DNA of 58,010 nucleotides, filler included, from Barthelona sp. PAP020 (GCA_040182905.1; 4 parts of 4 records of this genome joined end to end with filler, not necessarily neighbours in it); one strand, 5' to 3'. Shown: positions 42,719 to 52,226, counted from the first letter of the whole stretch. Made by a program: numbers and translations. The notes: generated by a model not told the origin, from the letters alone.

Positions 42719-44890
42719 TTAAATATCATCCAATAAATCTTCTTCATTTTCACTTTCATTATCTTCATTTTCTTGAATACTATCTTGGACAGTTAATGAT
42801 TCTAATTTCATGCGTATTGAAGAAATGAATGATTCAGACAAATCACTATCATTTGTTGGTAACAAACTGACATTTCCATCCAACAAGGTGTTCCATAATG
42901 AAGGGGACTTTTCCAAAGATGTGTTCATCAATTTTGAATAGACAACATTGAATAACTCAACATTTGAAAACCTTAGACAGTACTTTTGTAAAGCCTTTAT
43001 CAAAGAAAATATGGCATCTTTTTGAAATGTAATTGGTTCTGAACAAAAAAGCTCAATTCGATTTGCAAATTGAGATAAGATAACATGATGCTGTTCTGGG
43101 GCTGTTTCTAACAGTACTTCAACGGATGGAAGAAGGTTTATGATGGTAAATGGCAAATTAATTTCAATTTTCTTTTCTTCGACTTCCACTTCATCAATTT
43201 CATCCATTTTTTTACGATAAAAAGCGGATTTGCTGTCTTCTTCAACAGCTTTCATTTCAATAGGATACAATTTTTTCAATTGAAGCATCAATTGATTCAC
43301 TCTCTCGTTGTTTTCCAATTCAATGAAACGCTCCCCCAACAATATTTTTTCGATCTCCATCTTTTTGATTGCATAATTCTCATCTCTCAGCTTGTTTTCT
43401 AAGTTGGAATATTTGTGAGCAAAAATTATGTCTGTAATATTTGCAACCGAAAAATCAGTTTCAATTTTTCCACTTACCATTGTTTCTTCAATTAGATTCT
43501 CAAAAATGGAAGTTCCTTCATTGAATTCCAAGTTTATTTTTTTTTGTTCATCATCGCTACAACTCATACAACGTTCATTTCTTGTTGCTTGATTTGCAGT
43601 TGAATTATATTTATCATTTGACAATAGTGGAACTAAGGGAAGGAAATTTGTCAATCTTATATCTTCGGCAAATGCCAAATGACTTGTTCTAAAATATATG
43701 ACATTATTTTCAACAACAGGTTCAAATAAACACAATTCAGGAGAACTATTCCGAGTTGAAAGCTGGCGTATTATCATCACATTACCACTTTGAATCAAAC
43801 TTTGAGCCAAATGAACAAAGCGACTTACATTCACTTCATCCGTTGTAGGCAAAGCTATTCGAGGTTTACCAATTTTCCAAGAATGATGAACAGCAATTTT
43901 AGGTGTGAAACCAATTAATCTCATTCCTTTCATGGCAATTGGGTCATTGTAACTCAAAAGTTGTCTTGAAATATCGTTTATTTCAACAACACCATCACCA
44001 TAAGCAAAATAATCAACATTGCTTATTTCTTCTTCATCAACTTCAGCAATTTCATCATCATGGTAGTATTTCTGTACTCTTTTAATGGATTCATCTTTAT
44101 TTTTCAAAGATATAATTTTAAATGAAGGTATCAGAGTTTTATCAATCAAAGAATAAGATTCAATCTCAATGGAATAATCAAAACCAAAGTCAATAGTAAA
44201 TTTTGTAGGAAAAGGAAAAGATATAAAATAATTTTCAACAACAGATGATATATTGTTGGTTATTAAATTGGAAAATCTGCAACATTTGCAAAAATCACGA
44301 ATTATTATTTGTGTTGTTATTTGGTCACGTAGAATGGGTTTGATGTCCCCATCATATTCATGCCCATCTTCTAATCCTGTTAACATATAATCATAACAAA
44401 AACAAGTGAATTCAATCCCAAAACTGTTGATATCTTCACAAAATTCTGATATATTAGATATCCTTTCATTCGATGGGTATGATCCATCTGTAATTAAACA
44501 TATTCTTTTACTTTTTTTGCCGCTTCCACAATAATCTATCAACAAATCACTAGCTGCAGTTATAGCATCCAAAATATTTCCATTAACTGTTCCTTCTGTT
44601 AATTTATCATATTTTAAAAAAGCTTCAACATCAATGACGTCAATTCCCTGAAAAAGAAAAATATGTGCTCCAAGTTTGTATAATCCTAACTCTTCACCAA
44701 TTTCATCACTAACACCACATACAATTATTCCAACTAAATTCGATTTTTTTGATGAATAGAAGTAATTGCGATATATTTTTAAAATGGAATCTTTTACATC
44801 CTTAAATCGATTCTTTTCGCATGTTGATTTGTTAAAATCGGCAATTAGTACTGTTACAACACTTCGATATACAGGCCAGCGTTCTTTCAT
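42719..44890 (-). CDS. KU80: Ku80 (XRCC5) DNA end-binding subunit
   Basis: vWA N-terminus (VGIIVCG, ILDAITAA.D.L, KRICLITDG), Ku core (FAYG, MRLIGF, LAFAEDIR..F.PL), a C-terminal helical domain and terminal EEDLLDDI. Confidence 0.85.
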   Translation of the reverse strand: MKERWPVYRSVVTVLIADFNKSTCEKNRFKDVKDSILKIYRNYFYSSKKSNLVGIIVCGVSDEIGEELGLYKLGAHIFLFQGIDVIDVEAFLKYDKLTEGTVNGNILDAITAASDLLIDYCGSGKKSKRICLITDGSYPSNERISNISEFCEDINSFGIEFTCFCYDYMLTGLEDGHEYDGDIKPILRDQITTQIIIRDFCKCCRFSNLITNNISSVVENYFISFPFPTKFTIDFGFDYSIEIESYSLIDKTLIPSFKIISLKNKDESIKRVQKYYHDDEIAEVDEEEISNVDYFAYGDGVVEINDISRQLLSYNDPIAMKGMRLIGFTPKIAVHHSWKIGKPRIALPTTDEVNVSRFVHLAQSLIQSGNVMIIRQLSTRNSSPELCLFEPVVENNVIYFRTSHLAFAEDIRLTNFLPLVPLLSNDKYNSTANQATRNERCMSCSDDEQKKINLEFNEGTSIFENLIEETMVSGKIETDFSVANITDIIFAHKYSNLENKLRDENYAIKKMEIEKILLGERFIELENNERVNQLMLQLKKLYPIEMKAVEEDSKSAFYRKKMDEIDEVEVEEKKIEINLPFTIINLLPSVEVLLETAPEQHHVILSQFANRIELFCSEPITFQKDAIFSLIKALQKYCLRFSNVELFNVVYSKLMNTSLEKSPSLWNTLLDGNVSLLPTNDSDLSESFISSIRMKLESLTVQDSIQENEDNESENEEDLLDDI

Positions 44891-45323
44891 TGAAAAAAAT
44901 AGTTTTTCATTTTCCTCTTTTTTTAATGAATTTCCTTTTTTTTATTATTGAATCTTTGGAAATGTTGTGGGTCAATAGACAGATAAACAAATAAATAAAT
45001 CTTTATTAATTCTCTTTTTTTTGTTCTTTTGAAAGAAAATTTAAGCAATTAAAATAATTTTCTGCTACAATTTCCAAAAATTATGTTGTTAAGAAGAATA
45101 ATGATCTTCAGAAATATTTATTCCTTTCTTGGTCGGATTTATCAACAATAATTCATAAAATTTGTTCTTCAAATAATAATAATAAACAAATTGAATATAA
45201 ATAAACTGCGAATCAGTATCAAATTGAAGTTTCTTTGGAAATTATCCCCAAAAAAGAATTTTGATATTTTTTTTTTTGTTTTTTTTTTGTTCAAAAAATT
45301 GTATGTATTCTTGTGTTCTTCAT

Positions 45324-45386
45324 TTTTATGATGAATTTATGTCATAGTTATCAGATTTTTAATGATGACAACAACATAACTGATTT
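45324..45386 (+). ncRNA. Box C/D snoRNA 1 (LSU helix 69 guide)
   Basis: C ATGATGA 45328-34; guide GTCATAGTTA 45341-50, complementary to LSU UAACUAUGAC; D' CAGA; C' ATGATGA; D CTGA 45380-83. Confidence 0.85.
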
Positions 45387-45452
45387 TTTGAAATTTTCCT
45401 TTAATTGCCAAATTCTAACCTATTGTCAAGAAAGTTTTTATTTTGATCATTT

Positions 45453-45523
45453 TTGTATGATGAAAACAAGTCATAGTTTCTGAATTGTTCTTTGGAACAT
45501 GAAGACAATTTTTTTTCTGATAT
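45453..45523 (+). ncRNA. Box C/D snoRNA 2 (LSU helix 69 guide)
   Basis: C ATGATGA 45457-63; guide AGTCATAGTT 45469-78; D' CTGA; internal hairpin TGTTC/GAACA; C' ATGAAGA; D CTGA 45517-20. Confidence 0.87.
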
Positions 45524-45622
45524 TTTTTTTTAATTTTTTGTGAAAGTTTTCTAATTTTTCAGTTTTTTTCGTTTTTGTTTTTTTTATACATTTTTTTTTG
45601 AAAGGTTTGTACATGTGTCTTT

Positions 45623-45682
45623 ATCAATGAGGAAACTTATCCTACGTTATCTGTTTTATGATGATGAAAAGATTGCTGATTC
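45623..45682 (+). ncRNA. Box C/D snoRNA 3 (probable LSU guide)
   Basis: C-like ATGAGGA 45627-33; ACTTATCCTAC, complementary to the conserved LSU GUAG(G/A)AUAAGU; C' ATGATGA; D CTGA 45676-79. Confidence 0.7.
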
Positions 45683-45745
45683 TTTTTTTTTAATTTTTTA
45701 AACAGTTTTCTAATATTTAGTATGTTGCGAAAATCTATAATTTTG

Positions 45746-45817
45746 GAAGCTGTGATGGTGACTAGAGTCTCTTAGGAAAACTGTGATTAGAACTGCTGTT
45801 TAGCCCCACTGAGCTTC
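45746..45817 (+). ncRNA. Box C/D snoRNA 4, snR78/SNORD52-like (LSU Um guide)
   Basis: Terminal stem GAAGC/GCTTC; C GTGATGG; guide ACTAGAGTC, complementary to LSU GACUCUAGU; D' CTTA; C' GTGATTA; D CTGA 45809-12. The +5 rule lands on the U equivalent to yeast Um2421. Confidence 0.85.
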
Positions 45818-46043
45818 ATTTTTTAATCAATACATTTTAAAAACTCTAACAAATAGGAAGTATTTATTCAGTAGATAATTCTTTTATTGACAAAGAATTT
45901 CATTCAATCATAACTTTTCAATTTTGATAAACTTTCACGTTGAAATATATCGTTTTCAATTTTCTTTTTAATCTTTTTGTTTGTTTTTGTTGATTTGAAA
46001 ATAATAAAGCAAAAAAGAAAAATGCTAAAAAGTTTACATCAAA

Positions 46044-46775
46044 TTAACAACTGCACGTGTCATTGGAAGAAATTGGATCAGACACATTTATAGGTATTTT
46101 ATCATTTAAATCTTCATTTGAACGTAAATCTTCAACCACATTGTCAATTAATTTAATGGTCAGCTCTTGGAAAGCTTCTTCAACATTTGTATTGGCTTTT
46201 GCTGATGTTTCAATGAACATCATATCTTGCGTAATCGCATATTGTTCAGCTTCAGCCATTGTTACTTGTCTTTCGGATTCATCTAAATCAGTTTTATTAC
46301 CAACCAAAATAAGAACAACTTCAGGTCTGGCAATCTTTCTAACACTTTCAACAAGCTCTTGAATCTTTTCAAAAGATTCATGAGAAGAAACATCATAAAC
46401 TAATAACAATCCATGTGCACCACGATAATAATTTGTAACAACTGCAGAAAATCTAACTTGACCAGCCGTATCCCATATTTGTAATTTAACATTTTTGCCT
46501 TTACATGTAATATTTCTAATTTTCTAGGGTCAGTATAAATACAATAAAAAAAAACATACAAAATCAACACCAATTGTTGAAACACATCTATCAGACCACT
46601 GATTTTTCTATAAATTAGTAAAATAACAAATTAATCAAACATACAGTAAATCTCCTGAATAGACATGATTTTCCAACACTAGTTTCTCCCAATAGAACAA
46701 TTTTAAAAATATAGTCACTATATATTAGAACAAATACTTTAAAATAATGTACAATTCTCCTTGTTCAATACTCAT
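46044..46775 (-). CDS. Rab-family GTPase (Rab1-like, divergent); introns 46718-46752, 46608-46644, 46524-46559
   Basis: Spliced: FDYIFKIVLLGETSVGKSC...STIGVDFKIR...KLQIWDTAGQVRF...YYRGAHG...GNKTDL...ETSAK...CSC. Removing three GT-AG introns of 35, 37 and 36 nt restores the frame. Confidence 0.95.
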
Positions 46776-46897
46776 AATGTAAAAAAATAAAAAATCAATT
46801 TATTTTTTTTGTTTTGGTAAACTTGTAAAAGGTCTTAAAGTGTCAAAATGTGAAACTTTTCCCGAATTACTTGATTTTGTGACTATTTTATCATTAT

Positions 46898-46997
46898 NNN
46901 NNNNNNNNNNNNNNNNNNNNNNNNNNNNNNNNNNNNNNNNNTTAATTAATTAANNNNNNNNNNNNNNNNNNNNNNNNNNNNNNNNNNNNNNNNNNNN
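46898..46997. other. Artificial contig-join linker
   Basis: N44-TTAATTAATTAA-N44. Confidence 0.95.
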
Positions 46998-47199
46998 GAA
47001 TTAATTGAACAAAACTTTTGTAAACAATCATAGAATTATTGTCATCTTCTATATCTTTTATCATACAATCTATTTGTAATAATAAATCATTTGATATTTG
47101 GTTAAGAATCGACAAATTGGAATGATATGTTTCAAATCGGGTCGTTTTTAGTTTAGATGCTAAATTCGCAAAGACTATCAATATCTGTGAATGATTCAT
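46998..47199 (-). CDS. 5' fragment of a hypothetical protein cut by the linker
   Basis: ATG at 47199, divergent from the E2 gene and open to the gap. No family recognised. Confidence 0.45.
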
Positions 47200-47285
47200 T
47201 CACAATTAGCACTACAAAATAATTTTTATTTTCTGTCTCCAAACTCCATTTTTTTTGTATTTTTTTTTTTCAAAACAAATTTTAA

Positions 47286-47771
47286 ATGGCTGCTCCTGCC
47301 AAAGTTGTTGCTGTATTACATTCTATATTTCCATTTTCTAATATTTTTTAGGAATTACGTGATCTTGTCGCTAATCCACTCCCCGGTGTTACCGTTCAAC
47401 CAGAAGGTGATAACCTTCTTTCTTGGTTCGCAGCCCTTCAAGGACCTGAAGGAACACCTTATGAAGAAGGATTGTTTAATTTGTCATTATCTTTCCCCAT
47501 CAATTATCCTTTCGCTTCACCCACTGTCAAGTTTTTAACACCAATTTTACATCCAAATATTTCAACTGAAGGACAAATTTGTCTTGACATCTTAACTGAA
47601 GATTGGTCTGCTTCCAGTAGTGTTCGTTCTGTATTTTTAGCTATTATTGGACTTCTCATTGATCCTAACACTTCGAATCCATTAAATGCTGATGCTGCTA
47701 GTTTATTATTGTCAGATCCTGAAAAATATGAAGAAACTGTTAGGGAACATGTTGATGATTATGCTTGTTAG
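47286..47771 (+). CDS. Ubiquitin-conjugating enzyme E2; intron 47313-47351
   Basis: Spliced: MAAPAKVVA|ELRDL...W...LQGPEGTPYEEG.F...FPINYPF..P.VKFLTPILHPNI...GQICLDIL..DWS. Confidence 0.95.
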
Positions 47772-47894
47772 TTCTTTTGAGTCTTTAAAAATAAATATAT
47801 AATAATTTTTTACATTCATGTGGCCACAATTCAAATACCAAGGGAAGGGTATTTGTAATTGAATACAGCACATGCCGTTTGCCTAACATTAGTT

Positions 47895-48734
47895 TCAATT
47901 GTCCTTTGAAAGATCTTTAACCTTTTCATACAATTTTGTTCCCCTATTGGTGGGAGAATGTAAAACAGATCCAGTTTGATACAAGGCTTTTTGACTCAAA
48001 GGAGGAGATTTAAATTCTAATTTGTGTGAATGATTCATTTCCAATTTTTGATTCTTTTTCTGTTGTTTGAGTGTATCTCTACGATTTGCCTGATTTTTCA
48101 ACAGATTTATTTTTCTTTTGTTCAATTTTTGCTCCAAAAATATGCTCTCTCTCTCATGTGTGTTTCTTACCCTTGCCATTTTTTTTTCTTTTTCTATTAT
48201 TAAACTGTCTTCATGTTTTTGACGTTCTTTTTCTTCTAGCTTTAGTCTTCGATTGCGTAATAATGCGCATTCAGAATAATTTTCAAGTTTTGCCAAATGC
48301 TTCTCACTTTTTTCCATTTCTAACAAACGAACACTTTTCTTTAATGTTCTTTGTGCTAATTTGTCATCCAATTCTTCCTCAAACTTTATCATTTCGTTTC
48401 TTTGAGTTCTAGAAAGCTCTTCTCTTTTATTGTTAATAAATAGTTCCAACTCATTCTTTTCCAAATTACATTCTTCTTCGAATTGACTTTCAATTTCATT
48501 GAACGCTTCATCAAAAAGAACTCTTTCGTTTTCTTGACGATAATGTTCAGCAGTGAGTTGTTCCTGTTTGGCTTGTTCCTTAATTTTAATGATCTGTGCT
48601 TTAATTACTTTCGCTTCTTCATATTCTGCATGTCTCAAAGCAATATCATGCCTTTGTTTCAAATCTTCCATCGTTTTTTGTAAGCTCGCACTTATATTAC
48701 CACGTGGAGTTCTTGACAAAGGGGAAGAACTCAT
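47895..48734 (-). CDS. Coiled-coil protein with UvrB/C-like helix motif
   Basis: ALRHAEYEEAKVIKAQI, then a long charged coiled coil. The start could also be at 48743 (TTG). Confidence 0.75.
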   Translation of the reverse strand: MSSSPLSRTPRGNISASLQKTMEDLKQRHDIALRHAEYEEAKVIKAQIIKIKEQAKQEQLTAEHYRQENERVLFDEAFNEIESQFEEECNLEKNELELFINNKREELSRTQRNEMIKFEEELDDKLAQRTLKKSVRLLEMEKSEKHLAKLENYSECALLRNRRLKLEEKERQKHEDSLIIEKEKKMARVRNTHERESIFLEQKLNKRKINLLKNQANRRDTLKQQKKNQKLEMNHSHKLEFKSPPLSQKALYQTGSVLHSPTNRGTKLYEKVKDLSKDN

Positions 48735-48938
48735 TTGTTTCAATAAAAATTAAAAATGGCTTTCATTGGTCACACATAATGCTCATTTCTCTTTTTTTCA
48801 ATATTTTCTTCGATAGAGTAGAATTTTCAAATTAAAAACTTGATTCAATTGGGTTAAAACATGTCAAAAATTATCGAAGAAATGAATATATGCAAATTAT
48901 TTATAGTTATTATTTTGGATGCAAAAGAATCAGCAATA

Positions 48939-49379
48939 TTATTGCATTTTAATAGATAAATCTGATATCTCCAAACATTCTTTATCTAATTCATGTATAT
49001 ATTTTTGGGCTTCTTGCTGAAGAATTTCAACACGCTGCAATGCATTCTTTTGACGAATCTCATTTTCTCTCAAACATTCTTCAAAGTTGGCGAGAGCTTC
49101 TAATTCTGTCTTAAAATCCTGTATATATTGAATATTTTTGGAGAGTAATTCCATTATTGATTTACCATTTGCTTTTTGAGATGAAAGAAAATTGTTCATT
49201 TGGGTTAAGTCATAGGATTTAATGGGTTTCGATGAAGGTTCTATATTTGCGAGTCTACTTGTAATTGAAGCAATATCTTGAAGTGTAACAGCCACTTGAT
49301 CGAGATTTCTCTGAACTTTCGTCAAAGGATCATTGGGATACCTTCCTTCCTGTTCTTTTGTTTCACTATGACTGTTCAT
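48939..49379 (-). CDS. Small coiled-coil hypothetical protein (146 aa)
   Basis: Clean ATG-TAA ORF with a heptad pattern. Confidence 0.65.
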   Translation of the reverse strand: MNSHSETKEQEGRYPNDPLTKVQRNLDQVAVTLQDIASITSRLANIEPSSKPIKSYDLTQMNNFLSSQKANGKSIMELLSKNIQYIQDFKTELEALANFEECLRENEIRQKNALQRVEILQQEAQKYIHELDKECLEISDLSIKMQ

Positions 49380-49652
49380 GGACTATTTAAAGTCATCTAA
49401 AATAAAAAAAAAATTGATATTACATTCTATTAACTTTTCAAAAACTTGGTCGTTTTCATTTATATAAATCTCAAAAGAAAAACAATGCAAAATTTGGGAA
49501 TAAATATTAACAAATACATTTTACACATGAAAATCAATATAAATTTGATCCTCAGCAATACACCTGCAAAATTGGTGTGATATGAGTCAAAAATTCCACA
49601 GTTCAACCGAGAAATCTCCCACGAATATTTTTTTGTTTTCACATTTTTTTTT

Positions 49653-52025
49653 ATGGCTGGTCTTGATTTTGGATCCAGAACTATTGTTCTATCTGTTGCG
49701 TTTCACAGAACAATGGATGTTGTTTTAAATGAACAAGCAAAACGACAAACACCCAATTCTGTTGCATTTACGCCAACTCAACGGTTTATTGGTGCTGCTG
49801 CTTCACAACAACAGCGTAAGCATTTAAAAACCACTGTTTCTGAGTATCGTTCTTTAATTGGATTGAAATATGATGATCCTGCAGTTCGCAGACACAAAAA
49901 AGAAATTTATTATCCGATAAAGAAGGGTGAAAATGGTGAAGTGATTATTCCTATTGATATTGCTGGAGATTCTCAAAATTATACCCCTGAACGTATTGCT
50001 TCAATGTTGTTGTCAAAAATCAATGAATTGAAGATTGAAAAGTTTCCATCATTACCAAATGAATATGTAATTGCTGTTCCTTGCTTTTTTACTCATGCTC
50101 AAAGAGTTGCTTTGTTGAATGCAACACGGATTGCTGGAATGAAATGTTTATCTGTAATTGATGAAACTTCTGCAGTAGCATTAACATATGGTCTCAGAAG
50201 ATACCGAACACTTCCTTTAGAGACAGAAGATCCACATTATCACATTTTCGCTGATATGGGTCATTCTTCCACTCAATTATGTGTGTGTAAAATGCGTCAA
50301 GGTCATTATGAGATTCTTGCTACTGCATGCGACAGCAATTTAGGTGGTAGGAATTTTGATCAAGCAATTATGAAGTATGCTGCTAAATTCTTTGAAGAAG
50401 AAACTGGGTTGGATATTTTTGAAAACCCCAAGGCTGTTTTAAAACTTGAACAGGCTTCTGAGAAAGCCAAACAGAATTTGACCACTTTGCCAGATGTTAC
50501 CATTGAAATCGAGTGTGTCATGGAAGATGAGGATTTGATCGTTGATCTTTCTAATGATGATTTTAATAATATTACAGATAATTTGATCAAGCGTTTTGAA
50601 GGTGTTTGTCATGCTTTAAAGAATAGCGAAAAAACTGCTGAAATTTGGGATAAATTGACATCAATAGTCATTACTGGAGGTTCAACTAGATTACCTAGAG
50701 TTCAACAGACCTTATGTGAGGTATTCAATGTTGAAAAAGTTCATAGAACTTTGAATCCGGACGAATCCATTTCCACAGGATGTTGTTTACTTTGTGCCAA
50801 TATGAGTGATTATCAAAAAATTACAAAGAAAATTAAATTGAAATTCCCTTTGAATAATGGTTACTTATTGACTTATCCTGAGATATCACCTGAAGGAGAA
50901 CTGATTAGTACTACTCATTGTTTTGATGTTTCAGAAATGGCACCCATCCGCAAGAATATTCCCATTTTTTATCATGAACCTTTTTCTATCATTGTGAGTG
51001 ATCCTAAAACAGAAGAGATCTATAACGTTGTTAATATCGGTGGGTTTCCTGAAGAAAATAAGGTGGAAGGTGTTAGAAAAGAGGGATTTAGACCATACGT
51101 TGCTATTACTTGTGGTATTGATTATTCAGGACTTTTTTATGTTAAAACAGGCACATTCCATGATTGTAGAATGGTTAATGTTGAGACAAAAGTTGAAGAA
51201 CCAATTGAAGAGGAGTTAGAAGTCAAAGCTGATGAAAATATTGAAGAACCTGAAGTGGTTGAAAACAATCAAGAGACTGAGTCTCCTAATATTGTTACAG
51301 AACCTACTCCTGAACCAGGAAAAACTCCTGATATTGGAAAGGAGGAAAAGAAAGAGCAAAAAGATTCCAATAAAGAAGAAATTGATTCAAAGACACCAAA
51401 AAAGCCTAAGACAAGAACTGTCATCAAAAATGAAATCAAAAAATCTTCAAAGAAGTATAATTTGAATATTCAAGTTGATATTGCAGGAGAATTACCTGAT
51501 AATGTTATCAACGAACATATTGAACATGAAGGAAGGTTGAAGGCTGCTGACCGTAAGGTTGTTGAAACCGCCAATGCCAAAGTTCATCTTGAATCTTTCT
51601 GTTATGATGCCAAAGCATGCTTGTTGGACGGAAAATGGGGTGATTTCATTGGTGACATTGATATTCAACCAATGCTTGTGAAATTAGATGAAATGGTTCA
51701 CTGGTTATATGAAGATGGTAAAAATACCACCAAGAAATCATATGATGCCAATTTGAAAAAGATAATGAAGGTTGTTGAACCTGTGAGAGGAAAATACTTG
51801 AATCATTTGGAAGAATTGAGAAAAGCAGAGGAAGAAAGAAAGAGAGCTGAAGAAGAAGCTAAAAGAAAAGCAGAAGAAGAGGCAAAGAAGCAAGCTGAAG
51901 AAGCAGCTAAGAAAAAGAAAGAAGAAGAGGAGGCAAAGAAACAAGCTGAAGAAAAGGCTAAAGAAGAACCTAAACTTGAAGAAGAAATTGAAGTTGATAA
52001 TGTTGAAAAGGATATTGAACAATAA
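49653..52025 (+). CDS. HSP110: Hsp110/SSE-family Hsp70-like chaperone
   Basis: GLDFGS, NE..KRQTP, DMGHSS, LGGRNFD, GGSTRLP, RTLNPDE, an acidic insertion, AK..LES.CY and WLYEDG. Confidence 0.93.
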   Translation: MAGLDFGSRTIVLSVAFHRTMDVVLNEQAKRQTPNSVAFTPTQRFIGAAASQQQRKHLKTTVSEYRSLIGLKYDDPAVRRHKKEIYYPIKKGENGEVIIPIDIAGDSQNYTPERIASMLLSKINELKIEKFPSLPNEYVIAVPCFFTHAQRVALLNATRIAGMKCLSVIDETSAVALTYGLRRYRTLPLETEDPHYHIFADMGHSSTQLCVCKMRQGHYEILATACDSNLGGRNFDQAIMKYAAKFFEEETGLDIFENPKAVLKLEQASEKAKQNLTTLPDVTIEIECVMEDEDLIVDLSNDDFNNITDNLIKRFEGVCHALKNSEKTAEIWDKLTSIVITGGSTRLPRVQQTLCEVFNVEKVHRTLNPDESISTGCCLLCANMSDYQKITKKIKLKFPLNNGYLLTYPEISPEGELISTTHCFDVSEMAPIRKNIPIFYHEPFSIIVSDPKTEEIYNVVNIGGFPEENKVEGVRKEGFRPYVAITCGIDYSGLFYVKTGTFHDCRMVNVETKVEEPIEEELEVKADENIEEPEVVENNQETESPNIVTEPTPEPGKTPDIGKEEKKEQKDSNKEEIDSKTPKKPKTRTVIKNEIKKSSKKYNLNIQVDIAGELPDNVINEHIEHEGRLKAADRKVVETANAKVHLESFCYDAKACLLDGKWGDFIGDIDIQPMLVKLDEMVHWLYEDGKNTTKKSYDANLKKIMKVVEPVRGKYLNHLEELRKAEEERKRAEEEAKRKAEEEAKKQAEEAAKKKKEEEEAKKQAEEKAKEEPKLEEEIEVDNVEKDIEQ

Positions 52026-52226
52026 TAAGAATTAAATAAATGGTTTCTTAACGTTTTATTTTTTTCATTCCAATAAAGCAATGATCTTTTTTTTTTGATT
52101 CAATGTTTTTGTTTCATGAGTTCAAATAATTATTAAAATTGTTTGGTTTTGGAGGTGATTCCACAAAAAAACAAACACAACAATTTTTCTTTTTTGTATG
52201 TGAAATTGTTGGTTTTTATTTAAATT

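Larger units (their letters stand above)
45301..45856 (+). ncRNA. Putative non-coding snoRNA host transcript (four snoRNA-bearing introns)
   Basis: Candidate donors at 45301, 45434, 45605 and 45720/45724. CTAAY branch + AG acceptors at 45430, 45562, 45720 and 45856. No ORF. Confidence 0.65.

Noticed and set aside
51815..52000. GAA/AAG-rich repeats at the end of Hsp110
   Set aside because: They encode an ordinary charged E/K/A helix (KAEEEAKK); not an independent repeat element.
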